NCBI GenBank assembly: GCA_002104945.1
Contig: MCFH01000042.1
Location: 248,001 to 312,000, forward strand
Origin: Piromyces finnis finn
Taxonomy: Eukaryota > Fungi > Neocallimastigomycota
Length of the DNA: 64,000 nucleotides
Reading direction: 5' to 3'
The position numbers and the translations under genes were made by a program. Shown piece by piece: positions 1 through 14,386 of the stretch. Position 1 is the stretch's first letter, and every line of letters starts with the position of its first letter. Under the pieces are notes generated by a model that was not told where the DNA came from, searched no databases, and saw nothing but the letters and a program-made list of their open reading frames with translations.

Positions 1-194
<194 letters not shown>

Positions 195-3100
195 TTATAT
201 TTATAATAATATAAATAAAAATTGTGAAGAACTAAAAATTGAGCAGTTTTCTTTCTTATTATATAGTTTGTCTTTTTTGCATTAACCAATAAAAATTGCT
301 TATATTATTTTTTATTAATATATAAGTACAAATTAAAATGTATCAAAAATAATGATTTTAATATATTATATATTGTATTTGTATTATTTTCTATAATATA
401 TTATTTATTTTTTTATTTATTTATTTAATTTATATTATGTATAATTCTACTAAAAGATTATAATAATATTATTATTATTTTATTTCTTTACTATAAATTA
501 TTAAGAATCAGATAAATCCAAATATTCTCATTGGGCAAGCCACTCAAATTTCATTCGATTAGCTTCCATGGAATATAATCTTAATATAAAAAATTTTTTT
601 TTTAAAATGAATAAAAATTTAAATAGTATAATATATTAAATTTATTTTTAAATATATTAAAATATAATTGTAAATACAATTAGTTTCTACATTAATCATA
701 AAAATTACAATTACATATAGACAAGTATTACATTAATTTAAAAAAAAAATATTTCAAGATAATAATATATATAATACTTTTTGAAAAAAATGACTAATTC
801 ATACATAATAAGTATTTATTATATAATAACTAATAGTTTAATTATGCACTGTTTTTACTTTTATATTAAAGAAACATTAAATTTATTAATAAAAAGTTCT
901 TTGCTTTATAAAAAAAAATTATTTATATCATTACTATCTTTTCTAACTATTATTTATCAATTTAATACTTTACTTTTGAAATATAACAATTTAATTATCA
1001 TATTATATAAAAATTAGCTCAAACCAGTCCTTATAAAAAAAAACATTAATATTTATATTTAAAATAATAATTATATATATAAATATTATAATATATAATA
1101 TATTTATATATAATATTTAATATAAAAAAACATAGATATAAAAAATTTATTGGTCATGTGATATTATGTAATAAATAGAATTAATTAAAGAATCTAACGC
1201 ACTAAATATAAAAATTTAATGAGATGTAACACTCAATCTTATAATAATAAAATGTATATTATAAATACAGAAATAGCTTTTTTTTTATATATTAATAACA
1301 TATAATGATAAAGTATTTTATGTATTTTATGTATTTTATAATTTTATTTGCATTTTTATATTATTATACTTTATAATAAAATAAAATATTTTTAATAAAA
1401 ATATTTTTTTATTCACATATTTAAATATAAATTTTATATTAGTATTCTTAGTGTAAGTTGTTAATAGTATATTTAAAGTTTACTGATCAAAATTTTTTAA
1501 CCTCTATCTCAATATTATGTGACATTAATATATCAGTTGACTTTATTCTTTAAATCTATTTAAACTTATATATTAACCTAATCTTTTTCAAGTTTTATAT
1601 TTTTCAAACAAAAGTGTCTTCTAAATATTTATTATATTTATTATTATATCAATAATGAATAATATAATAATTTTTAACTTTATTTGTATTTAAAAAATGT
1701 TTCAATTTTAATCTTTTATTAGCTTATTTTCTCAATAATGATAGTGTATTAGTTCATTAATTTAAAATAATTTTATAACTTTATATAAAAAAATAAAGAT
1801 TTATATGTTTTTATAATACTTGCTAATTTTTAAGCATTTATTATTAAAAACAAAAAATAAATAAAGAAATAGTTATACATTTATAAAATAAATATTTGTT
1901 TTTTTATTCCTGTTGTTTACTTTTTTAAAAGAAATATACAAATAAAATTATACTGAACATTATCTTTCCGACAGATTAAGTTACACGAATAATAAAAAAC
2001 ACATTAATAATAATAGTAATAATAATAATAATAAAAAAGAAAATAATCATAAATTGATAATATATATATATATAAAAAACATGATATATAAATATTTTTT
2101 TTTAATTAAAGGTTAAAATATTTTAATTGGAATTAAAATATTTTAATAGGGTTATGTTTTTTATTTTTTTGTATTATAATGTAATATATTAATTGTACAT
2201 TGCATTTTAATAATATGTATTTAATATGTATTTATTTATTTGTATTTTATATTAATAATTTTAAAATACATAAAATAAATACAAAGTATCAAGTGTTTTA
2301 ATGTTTAAAAGTTGATAAGGAAAAATAATAAGTGCATTATAAATACTTGCTTTTGTGACTACTTACATAAAATCGAACAATTTAATAGTAAATTTTTAAA
2401 TTACATCCTTGTTGTTATTTTTTTTTAATAAAATAAAATTTTATAGATTTAATTATTATTTTCTTATAATGAATTAAATTGTTAATTGTCAATAATATTA
2501 AATGTTAACATTTAATATAAAAAAAATAAAATAGGAAAAATTTAAATGCATTATTGGTTTTAAAGTTTTAATTTTTCTTATATAACTTGCTTTAATAGCT
2601 TTAATAATATAATATCTAATTAACGGGTTAGATTAATATCTTTATTATTAAATTGTAATAACTGGAAATTAAAAAATTAAAATTCATTTATTAAATTAAA
2701 ATATCATATAATCCACGTTTTATTAATTGTGTGCCACAAATATTAATTAATATAATATATTAATTTTTATAATAAAGAAATTTCTTTAATTAACAAATAA
2801 TAATTTTATAATATATATAAGCTATTAATTTAATATATTAATATTTCATGAATGACAGATATCTGGCGGAAAATTTCATTATTTTAGAAAAAATTTTATC
2901 ATATATTAAACAATAATTAATAATTTTTATATAAATCTAATTATATATTGAAAATAATATTTTTTTATTGAAAATGTAAATCTTAATTACTAATAATTTA
3001 TTATATATTCTCCTATAATGTTATTTCCAAAGAATATATTAGTTGTGGCAAGGAAACTTTTTAATTTAAGTATTGATTAAAAAAGTAAAGTATCCCTATT

Positions 3101-4135
3101 TATGAACAAAATTTACCCTAATTTTATATTATTAGTAGATATTGTATTAAATATAAATTATGAATATAAAAATGAGTATATATTTATATTATTATTATAC
3201 TTTCATGCTATTTTTAATAAAATATATAAAACTATTTTTTTTAATAACAATTTAAAGTTGTTAAGTTAATGATATATATGGGTCAATTATGAATTTCAAG
3301 CTCTTTTTCTTATATTTGATGAATAATTAAGAAAAATTGATTTTATATGAATATAAAAAATATTAATATTTTGATGATTAATACATATGTAGTTGTTAAT
3401 AAAATAAATTTAAGTAATTCAAAAATAAACAATTTTTAATTTATTAAAATTAAAGTAAATAGGCCGTTTTTTTTTTTTTTAATATTGAATTATTATTTTT
3501 TTAGTGTATATTATTATTATTATTATTATTATTTAGTTATTATTATTTTTAAATTGATGTTTATTTCAAAAATTAAAATGTTTTATTATATTAATTACTA
3601 TATAGTTTTTATTTCATATATTATAATTTCTAAAGTATTGTTTTGTATCCTTATCTTAACAAATTTTTTATTATTATTTTTTTAAATAGTTTTGTTATTT
3701 ATAGGTATTTAGAAATTCTTATACTTTTATAAAAATAAATGTCACCTTTATTAAAATTAGAGTTTTGTACATTCTTTAATTATGTATACATATAATAATT
3801 ATTAGAATTTTAGAGATTTAAATAATTATAAAATTTATAAATACTATTTTTAAATATAGGATATTGAATTATTGTTGATAGTTGATGAACATTTATTAAT
3901 AAATAAAGTTATAGAAAATTATTTGATATTTATTTAAAATATATCAGTTATTGCAGTAATATATAATAAACATTATAATTAATATTGAGTGTGTAGTATA
4001 ATAAAGGCTTTACCATAAAATAAAATTTTTATATGTAATTTTTTAATTTTTATATGAAAAATTATAATAATAAATGATTTATTAAATAATTAAAATTCTA
4101 TTTCGTTCATAAAAAATAATAATAATAAAATGTAG

Positions 4136-4239
4136 TTAATAAAATAAGTTCTCAGATTTACGTTATTTCTATTTCTATAATTATATATTGCTAATTATAG
4201 AAATAGAAATAACGTAAATCTGAGAACTTATTTTATTAA
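4136..4239. repeat. Perfect inverted repeat (48-bp arms, 8-nt loop)
   Basis: 4136-4183 (ttaataaaataagttctcagatttacgttatttctatttctataatta) is the exact reverse complement of 4192-4239; loop tatattgc. Confidence 0.95.
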
Positions 4240-4829
4240 GTATGTTTTTTATTGTGATACAAAATTTTATTTACATATAATGCATTTAATGTATAATAAC
4301 ATCATATAATAATATATTGAACTGAATAATTTTATATTAAATAATATTAATGTATTAAAATATATTTATATTATAATATATTATAAAATATAAATTACTA
4401 TATAATTTTATTTATATTGATTTATTTTCGATTAAATTATTATTTAAGATTAATATAAACAATATATTACTATATATTATAATATATTAATGAAATATCA
4501 AACAAATAAAAACAACATTTAATGTATTAATTTACTTAATTTAAAATATATCTCACATTAATATATACAATATATATTAAAATATATTGGCTTTTATATT
4601 CAAACTTTAATAAATAACATTATTAGTTTAATCTCTTTTTTTGTGGAATATATAAAAAGGTATTTTTTTTTTTTTTTTTAGGATTATAAATAAATAATTA
4701 TTTATAACAATATAAAATAAAGGTAAGAAATAAGAAAAATTATATTAAATAATAATATTGATGATAAAATAGTTAGAATAATAATTATTAATAACTATAT
4801 AAATATTTAATGATTAAATAACAGAAAAA

Positions 4830-5453
4830 ATGACTTCCTCTGAAACTTTAAACAAGGAAAACGTTGTCTTATCTGTTGGTAAAGGTGTTGGTAAGGGTGC
4901 TACCAAGGGTGCCAAAAAGGCTGTTGGTTTCTTTAAAGATTTCCTTCAATTCCTTAACAAGGGTAATGTAATTGATTTAGCTACTGGTGTTGTCATCGGT
5001 AGTGCTTTCTCAAAAATTGTAGATTCTATTGTTAATGATCTTTTTGCTCCAATTATTGGTCTTGCTACTGGTAAGGTTAACTTAGCTGAAACTTACGCTA
5101 TTTTACCAAGTGGTAATGATACTATTACCGAAGAACAAAAGAAAGCAGTTCACACTAGAGAAGATGCTAAGAAACTCGGTTTAATTACACTTAATTATGG
5201 TAATTTCATTCAAACTATTATTAACTTTATTATCATCGGTTTCTGTGTTTACCTTGTTGTCAAGCTTGTTTCTGTTATCTGGAGAAAGAGTGAAGAAACT
5301 TCTACTGACTGGCCATGTCCACGTTGTAAACAAATGAATAAACTTGGTGCTACAAGATGTTGTGCTTGCTGTGAAGATCCAATCTATCCACCAGATGTTG
5401 ATCATGAATTATATCAAAAAGATCCAGAAGCAGCAATTAAAAAACTAGAATAA
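4830..5453 (+). CDS. mscL: Large-conductance mechanosensitive channel MscL, intronless, with Cys-rich C-terminal tail
   Basis: 207-aa ORF with MscL hallmarks: F..FL.KGNVIDLA.GVVIG.AFSKIV.SIV.D...PIIG (S1/TM1) and NYGNFIQTIINFIII.F.VYLVVK (TM2), followed by CPRC..x..ATRCCAC. Confidence 0.93.
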   Translation: MTSSETLNKENVVLSVGKGVGKGATKGAKKAVGFFKDFLQFLNKGNVIDLATGVVIGSAFSKIVDSIVNDLFAPIIGLATGKVNLAETYAILPSGNDTITEEQKKAVHTREDAKKLGLITLNYGNFIQTIINFIIIGFCVYLVVKLVSVIWRKSEETSTDWPCPRCKQMNKLGATRCCACCEDPIYPPDVDHELYQKDPEAAIKKLE

Positions 5454-6039
5454 ACTTAATAAATATAAAATATTGAAATTTATTTATTCTCTTAAATATA
5501 AATTATAAATTATAGAAAATATATTACATATATTACTATGTAAAATAAAGCTAATATTATTAATATTGATTTTATAGTAATTAGTAATAATAATATTATA
5601 CCAAATAATAGAAGAATATATATTTATATATAAATCAAAATATATAGATGTATTATTTAAATTAAAGTAATAAAAAAAAATAATTTATTTAAAAATATTA
5701 TTTAAATGAATTAAGAATAATAAAAAATTTAAGTTATTTTATAAAGTTTGAGTGTTTGATTTTAGAAGTAATCATAAATAATATTGTAAGATTGTGCTAT
5801 TATTAATAGCAGAAAAAAAAGAAAGATTCATAATCCTAAAGGAAGCAATTTAATGTCGCTGTTGATATAAAGCAATAAGTTTATATAAATTAAATTTGAA
5901 ATATTGAGAAAAGTACAAACATATTAAAAAGAATTCTTTTTATTTTATTTTTTTTTAAGTATATTATTCATTTTTTCCATTTTTGCTAATCTATTTTCTT
6001 TCTTTTTTTTTATATTGTTAGATATAAAATTTTAATTTG

Positions 6040-6040
<1 letters not shown>

Positions 6041-6093
<53 letters not shown>
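6041..6093. repeat. (AAT)n microsatellite
   Basis: Uninterrupted AAT run, intergenic. Confidence 0.9.
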
Positions 6094-6097
<4 letters not shown>

Positions 6098-7663
6098 TAA
6101 TTTGAAAATTTTCATGATATATAAGTAAACATTTATATAGTATTTTACTTTTTTTTTTTTTTTTTTTTTTAAAGGACTATTTATACCTTGGATATTATTA
6201 TAATTTATTTTAAAAGTGTAAATTATAAAATATATATATTTAAGGAATTAATAATCAATACAAAGTATATATATATATAATAAACAATTTTTTTCTTCTC
6301 TTTCCTCTTCAATAATCTATCATAATTTAAAATAACAACCAATTAATTATATAACACCGTTTTTATTTATTTATTTTTTTTTATTTTTTTTTTTTGAACA
6401 ATTATTAAACTACAAATAAAAAAATAATTTTTAAATCATTTAAAATATTTTTCATTATTCTATTATATATTTATTTTTTTACATATTTGATTTATGATCA
6501 ATATATAATTTGTTATTGACATTGACAATTGTTATTGATAATATTTATTATAGTATTTATAATATTAATAAATTTCAAATGAACCCTATTATTTAAATCA
6601 TAATTGAAGCAATTAATAATACTTTATTATAAACTCACAAAATCTTTAAAAATACTATTACTATCACAAATGTCATAATATTATTTTATTTATAGTAGAT
6701 AATTTTAAAAATATTGACTTTCTAATTATAATTTATATTTTAATTATTATGATTAAGTAGTTACATAATTTATATTATATTTCAATTATTTATCATGTTT
6801 CAATGAATAAAAACAGAGAAGGAAAACACTATATTGAAATCTAAAAATATTCTTTTATAAAAGACAAAGTAATAATATATATAATACTTTATAATATTGT
6901 ATTATATAAATTTGTAATTGTTATTTATAATTAATGAGTTGAAAAGTTGGGTATAAATATAATATCTACTTTTTATAAAGTGTTTTATATACTTATAATT
7001 TATTATAATTACAAATATATTTAAGATTATTATTTTTCACCTTAGTAATTTTGTATATATTATAATTTTATTAGTATGGTATAGGATAATTAAATATTTT
7101 TTTTTTATTGTTAGTTTATGGAAAATATCATTTTAAATAATAAATAAAAAAATTATTATTTAATCATAATAATTATTTAAAATTTTGTGAAACAAGAAAA
7201 ATTTATGTATTTAATTTAAAATTGAAATAAATTTTATGAATAATAATAAATAGCTTTTTTCGTTTTATTTTCTTTTAACTAATTTACTATACATACAACT
7301 ATTAAAATATAATAGAATATATTTTAATAGAGTTTGATTATAATATTAATTATGATTATAATTAAAAAGTTCAATTAAAGGTATTATATATAAGGAAACC
7401 TCAATTATCATTATTATTACTATTTTTTATTTATTTTTTTTTTATTTTTTTCATTAAATGTAAATATTAATTTTTAAATTGAAAGGATAATAAATATATC
7501 TAATATCTTTTCTTTTTTTTTTATTCGTTATGTTTATATATATTTTAAATTTATTTATTTATTTATTATTATTGAAATATTATTTTAATATAAAATTTAA
7601 TTTTTTAAATTTTAATTTTTATTAATTTGAATTTTTATTTATTTTTTTGTAAATATTAAAGAG

Positions 7664-10600
7664 ATGGATTCTTCATTATCTAAAAGTAAAATACCCGTTT
7701 TATTAACAAAGAAAAGAACACCAGTAAAAACAAAAGACGATAAATTAACAAATTATTTTACTGGATCCAATAAAAATTCTCCCAGTAGGAATTCAAATAT
7801 AATATTTAATGATATTTCAAAAAAAATTGAAATAATGAAAGATTTTTTATCTACGAATTCTTATGAAGATAATGATAATATAGAAAAGATTGAAAATCAA
7901 AAAGAAGAGAATAAGACAAATAGTATTGATAACATGGAAATTATTAATGATGATCAAACAATTTCTAAAGGAGAACTAGAAATCAATTTAAATAAAGAAG
8001 ATATGGAAAGTACTGTTTTGAACATAAATAACAATGATGTAACAATAACTATGAATAATAATGAAATTAAAAATATTATTGGAGAGACAAATGATTCCAA
8101 TTTGAAAAATGAAAAAGATGGAATTATACTTTCAGAGGATAGTAATGGTATATCAAATAAAAATAACAATAATGACAATAATGAAAATATAACCATAAAT
8201 AATATATCATTTTCTGAAAATAGTAAATCTGATACTTCAAAAATAATAATGGATGATACTGAGGAAAATAGTATTGACCATATTAATAATAATAATTCTA
8301 TTGCTAAAGAAATTTTTGATAAAGATAATGATACTAATGATTTAAATGAAGTTAAAAATGAAATAGCTTTACCAAAAAGTATGGAAAATGAATATATAGA
8401 AATTGTATCTAAAACTGTTATTGAACAAATATCAAAAAATACTGAATCAACTATTCCATCAACAAATCATCAAGAAAATGAAATTAACTCTAAAAATAGT
8501 AGCAATGTATTATTAAATGAAGAAGTAGTCGGGGATTCTGCTCACTCCAGTGTGGATAATTCACCGATACAACAAAGTAAAGTATTATCTATTGAATCTC
8601 AATCAAATAATATTATAAGAAGTGATATTAAATATGGAAATGAAAATGATGAAAGTGTTTCAGAAAAGCAATTAATTAATATTAAACCGAGTGATGTAAA
8701 TGTAGTGAATAACGGTAAAGTTGAAACTATCAATAAGACTATCAATAATGATATTTATAATCATAAAAGTAATACTATGGAAATAACAAGTGATAATGGT
8801 GAAGAAAAAAATGACATTATAGTTAAAAATATTGAAGAAATAGTAAAGGGTGAAAGTAATACTTATAATACTGATTTAATAGAAAGTACAAAAGTTGAAG
8901 ATAATGATAAGAAAGAATTCAATCTCGTTGAAAAAGCAACAATTGAAGAGAATAATGGAAAAGAGTCTAATTACACTGAAGAAGTTGAAATTGAAGATAG
9001 TAATGAAGAAGGTAATATATAAATTTTATTTAATTTTATTTATGATTGTAATTGTTTTAAATTGTTAGTCCTTAAACATTAACTTTTCCTAATAATGTAA
9101 TATAAAGATACTGTAGTTAATGATATATCAATTGTTGATGAAAATAAAAATGGCACTAATAATAATGAAAATACGAATAGCTATACTCAAAAACAAAAGA
9201 ATACAGGAATATTTAGTTTTGGAAATACTGTTTATACACCTAAATCAGAAAATAATGAAATTATTTTTAATTCTTATCTTAAAAATATAAATAGTCCATC
9301 ATATCAAAAAGACTCCTCAAATCATAATACTATAATTAACAATGATGAAAATTATATATCCCCTTCAAAACAAAAAGATAATAATAATTTTGATCTAGTT
9401 GAAGTATCAAGTATAATTCATCAAAATGGTGATATTTCAGTATCAAGCCTTAAAAATAATAAATTAGACATTGGTTTTTTTGAAGATGATGAGGAAAATG
9501 AATCAAATAACATTTCTTCTTCTACTACTACTAATATTTTAGATATATCAAACTCAAGTTTAAATGTATCGAATAAAATAGTGTTTGATGAATTTAATAA
9601 AGAATCAGAATCAGCTATATTAAATGAAAACCAAAGTAAAATAAATGAATCAGAAATCAATTTACAAATATCAAATAGTAATGAAAATAATCATAAAACT
9701 AATACTGATAGTGTTGATTCACCCAAAGCAGCATCAGAAAAATTAGATATTCTTAATAATAATAGTAGTGTGGAAAATTCTCAAAGTATTAGTAAAATGG
9801 AAGAAGATAATGATGATTTAGAAATAACACAGGAAATCGAAGAAGTAGATAGTGATATGTAAATAAAAAATACTTTTTTTTTTTATATGAAATAATATAT
9901 ATCTATCATATTTATTTTATATATATTTTATTTATATATTAATATTTTATATTTATTTATAATAATAATAAGTTCGAAAAATAACCTTCAACTTTTAATT
10001 GGGAATGATGACGATAGTAATAATGAATCGGGAGAATCTGAATATGATTCTGATACAGTTCACTATATTCGAGAAATAATTTCTCATGAAAAATTATTAG
10101 AAGAAAAACAAAAACAAGATTCTTTTGGTGATGATAATGAAGAAAGTAAAGAAGATGATGTAGAAGAAAACGTTAATGAAAATAGTAATGATTTAAATTC
10201 AAATTCATCGAGTGACAGTGAAAATAGTGATGATAATGATAATAATGATAATAATAATAATAATGATAATGAAATTGATAATAATTCAAAAGATAATAGT
10301 AATGATAATGATGATGAAAATGAAAATAATGTTAATGAAGTAAATCTTACAGACAATGAAGATGTTGAATTTTCTAATAGTAATGAAATAAATGAAGATG
10401 CATTAGAAAAAGATCATGAGGATGAATCTAAAGGAACAGTCAGTGATTCAGAAAGCAGTAGTGATACTGATACTGATACCGATGAAGAAATGAAGGAAAA
10501 CAATATATCAAAAAGTAATCATGCTTATGAACATCATAAAGAGAATAATTCAGATAATGAAAAACAAGACAGTAATTCAAATGATGAAAAATCTAGTTCA

Positions 10601-13600
10601 GATTCAGATTCAGATACAAGTTCCGACTCAAATTCAAAATATGAGAAGAATATAAATGATAAAAAGAATAGTTTAAAAAATATTTTATTAGAAGGTGCAG
10701 TACCATTAAATAATACTTTAACTAAAAATAAATCAGATGAAAAAGAAAATGAAAGTAGTAATGAAGAAGAAACAACTGAAATTAAAAATAATAAAAAACG
10801 TAGTATTGATGAAGTTGAAGTAGAAGAAGCAAAAGAAATAGGTAATGATAAACCAATTGAACTTTACATTGGTAATTTATCAAGACGAACTACACAAGAA
10901 GAATTAAAAAATATTTTTGGAGAATATGGTGTTATTACTCATATCCGAGTTTTAACAGGAAAAGATATATTTAATCCTAAATGGTAAAATTAAAATATTA
11001 ATATTTTATAATTAATTTTTATTTTTTAATTTTTAAGATTGTAAAAATAATAATTTTTTTTATTTATTAATTGTGATGTTACGGCGAATTAATATTTATT
11101 ATCTTTATTAGTTATGCTTTTTTATCATATGATAATGATAATAGTGCTATTAAAGCATTAGTTTCATTACAAGGTACCATAATTAATGGTTGTCGATGCA
11201 TGCTTGAAATAGCAAAATCTTCTCGAAATAATAAGAGAATTTGTACGGACCGTGAAATTACTCTTGATGATAATGGTAAATCAATTACAATTTCCAAAAA
11301 GCAAATGATTTTATTATCAGATTTAAATGATAATTTAAATGATCAACATCTTAAACTTTTATGTAATAATTTTGGTACTGTTATTGACATCATTATTATT
11401 AATGAACCAGCGGATAATACAAATAATATTTCAGATATTCTCAATAAGGCAAAAATTTCAAAGTAAGAAATGAAAAAATTAGTAATTTAAAAATTATAAA
11501 AGTTTATATTATTTTAAAATACTGTATTTAGCTCTTGATATATACATATATACAAATATACATATAAATATCTAATTATTATATAGTAGAAATTTTAGTA
11601 GAAATTTTAGTAGAAATTTTATAGTAATATTTATTTATATTAATAATAATTTATTAAATTTATCTATCTATCTATCTATTTAATTATTATATACTTTTTA
11701 GGCAATTTTTAATTGTTATGGGTAATGAAAATGAGAAGCAGTTAGCTTTTGATTATATTAGTCAGTTAGTTAAGGATGACAAAGGAATTATAATTCATAA
11801 AAATATAGATGATTATGTATATAATACTTTTATTACTATATTCTCTAAAAAATTAGCAAATAGAAAGAAAAAAATTGAAGAAAATAGTCAACACCATACA
11901 GAAGGCAATAATAAATTAAAAGAAGAAAAGAAATCAAAATCTATTAAACCAATATTAAAGAAGTTTAATAGTAATTCATTCTTAGATGAAAATATAAATA
12001 ATCTTGAAAGAAAGAATAATAAAATGATGAATAAGGTGAGGGAAGACGGTAAAGAATCATTTTCAGAGCTTTCAGAAGAAATTCATGAAAATCATAAAAA
12101 TGAATATGATGATAGTGAAAACCAACAGAAAGAGTTTAATAATCCATTTTCTTTCTACAACAACAACAATAATCAGAGTATTAATGATGAAAGATTTATA
12201 AAAAATTTATTTTCAAGTTATAAAAAAAGAAATGATTCATCACACAATTCACGATCAAGATCACGTTCTTATGATAAAAAATATCATGATCGTTCAAATT
12301 CTAATTCTTCTCATCATGATAAGTATTCCATTCCATTAAATATCCTGGAAGATTTTAATAGTATTCTTCATAAAAAGTTAGTAGGTCTAAAGCATCAATT
12401 TGATGACTATAATAATAGGCATAAAGAATATTTCGGAAATCAACCCTATTATAATAGTTATATACCTTTTATGAATAATCAAAACCAAATACCAACACCT
12501 ATACCACCAATGCCTATGCCAATGCCTATGTATATGGGAATGCCAATGGCTAATCCTAATATGAGTGCTTATCCAATGATGAATGGTATGATGAGTGGAA
12601 ATATGTTTATGAATAATGGTCAACAACCTTTATCATCTCTTTCATACTATAGTGATCTTTGGAATTGTTTTAAGTATTTTGAAAACCAGAGAAAACATTC
12701 TAGAAGAAGAGGTAGATCTGGATCTAGATCTAGAAGCTTTTCCAGAGGTAGAAGCTTTGGTCGTAACAGAGATAGATCAAGAAGCTTTTCCAGAGGTAGA
12801 AGCTTAAGCTGTAACAGTAGTAGATCAAGAAGCCTTTCCAGAGGTAGAAGCTTTGGTCGTAACAGAGATAGATCAAGAAGCTTTTCCAGAGGTAGAAGCT
12901 TGAGTTGTAACAGTAGTAGATCAAGAAGCCTTTCCAGAGGTAGAAGCTTTGGTCATAATAATCATAGATCAAGAGGCTTTTCCAGAGGTAGAAGCTTGAG
13001 TTGTAACAGTAGTAGATCAAGAAGCTTTTCCAGAGGTAGAAGCTTTGGTCATAATAATCATAGATCAAGAGGCTTTTCTAGAAGTAGAAGTTTTAGTTGT
13101 AGCAGAAATAGATCGAGAAGTTTCTCTAGAGGTAGAAGGTTTAATCGTTGTAGAGACATAAGTCGCAATAGAAGTAGAACAAAAAGTTTTTCTAGAAGCT
13201 TTTCTAGAGGTAGAAAAATAAGCTATCCAGAGAAAAGAAAATATGATCAAAGTTTAAGCTGTTCAAGAAGCAGAAGCTTTAGTCGAAGTCTTAGTCACCC
13301 AAGAGAAAGAAAATATATTAATCATCGTCGAAAAAGAAGACATGCCAATAGAAGTCTTAGTAATATAAGAAAAAGAAAAAGTCATTTCAAAGGAAGACAT
13401 AAAAAATTCAGGGGTAGTTTAAGTCGTAGTGGAAGTAGAAAAAGAAGAAATAGTAAAAGTCCATTTGAATGGAGTAGAAGTCGTAGTAGAAGTATAAGTC
13501 AACATAAAAGAAATTTAAGTGGATCAAGACAAATAATGTTTAGAATAGGTGGAAAAAGATACTTGAATAAAGATCATCGTCATTCAAACGCATTATTTAT

Positions 13601-14307
13601 GAGAAGAAAGAAGCATCGTCGTCATCGTCATAGTAAAGATATGATATCAGAATTAATCAATTCATCAGATGAATCAATTGATGAAGAGAAATTGATAAAG
13701 ATTTTGAAAAACCAAATTAGAAAAAGTAAAAAAAAGCGTCATGCACCATCCTACGATTTATCTGATGGTTCATCAAAAGAATCCGAATCCGAGTCTGAAT
13801 CCGAATCTGAATCCGAATCTGAAGTAAATCATTTAACCGATTCTGACGGAGCTAATGAAACAAATGCAAAGGAAGATATTATTTCCTTTGATGTTGGCTC
13901 AAAGGATAAAGATAATAGTGATGATGATGATGATGATGATGAAAAGAATGATAATGAAATGAATGATGATGCTATTCATACTAATGAAAAGCAACAAGTA
14001 AAGAAGTTTATTAAGAAACAAGAATATAATGTTCATTCTGGAAGCCATCATGATATAGTGTCTATGAAAGTTGAACCGTTATACGATGAAGAGGATAAAA
14101 CAATTGATAGCAATTCCAAAAATGAAAATATCAAAGAATCTATTTCATTAGAAAGTTTAAATGACGATAAGAATAACAAGGAAAAAGTAGTAAAATCAAA
14201 TAAGATTCTTTCCATTCCTGCCACTACTACTCATACTATTGATATTATAAATAAAGCCATGGAAAATAAAGAAAGTGCTACTGAAAGTAGTATTATCAAT
14301 GAAGACA

Positions 14308-14312
<5 letters not shown>
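7664..14312 (+). CDS. Large acidic/low-complexity protein with two RRM domains and a long RS-repeat domain (SR-related RNA-binding protein); 5 exons, ~2023 aa
   Basis: Exons 7664-9011, 9108-9858, 9973-10983, 11112-11462 and 11702-14312 join in frame across GT-AG introns (phases checked by hand). RRM1 has RNP2 LYIGNL and RNP1 KCYAFLSY split by an intron. A second degenerate RRM reads ILLSDLNDNL...FGTVIDI. RSRSFSRGRS repeats follow. Confidence 0.8.
12726..13157 (+). repeat. Coding minisatellite, 9 x 48 nt (16 aa), alternating A/B units
   Basis: agatc(a/t/g)agaag(c/g) unit starts at 12726, 12774, 12822, 12870, 12918, 12966, 13014, 13062 and 13110. Units alternate RSRSFSRGRSFGRNRD-type and RSRSFSRGRSLSCNSS-type. 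Confidence 0.92.

Positions 14313-14386
<74 letters not shown>
14310..14386. repeat. (AAT)n microsatellite starting at the stop codon
   Basis: AAT run beginning at the TAA of the RS-protein gene. Confidence 0.9.

Noticed and set aside
237-249. 13-mer AATTGAGCAGTTT shared between the enolase upstream region and 16224-16236
   Set aside because: One shared 13-mer is plausible by chance among all pairs in 64 kb of AT-rich DNA; no third copy was seen.
781-3685. Short Tyr/Ile/Phe/Leu-rich ORFs (781-1017, 3485-3685; likewise 14275-14816, 25854-26039, 30584-31082, 40285-40650)
   Set aside because: Chance ORFs from AT-rich or microsatellite DNA, with no recognisable motifs and several starting at TTG or GTG.
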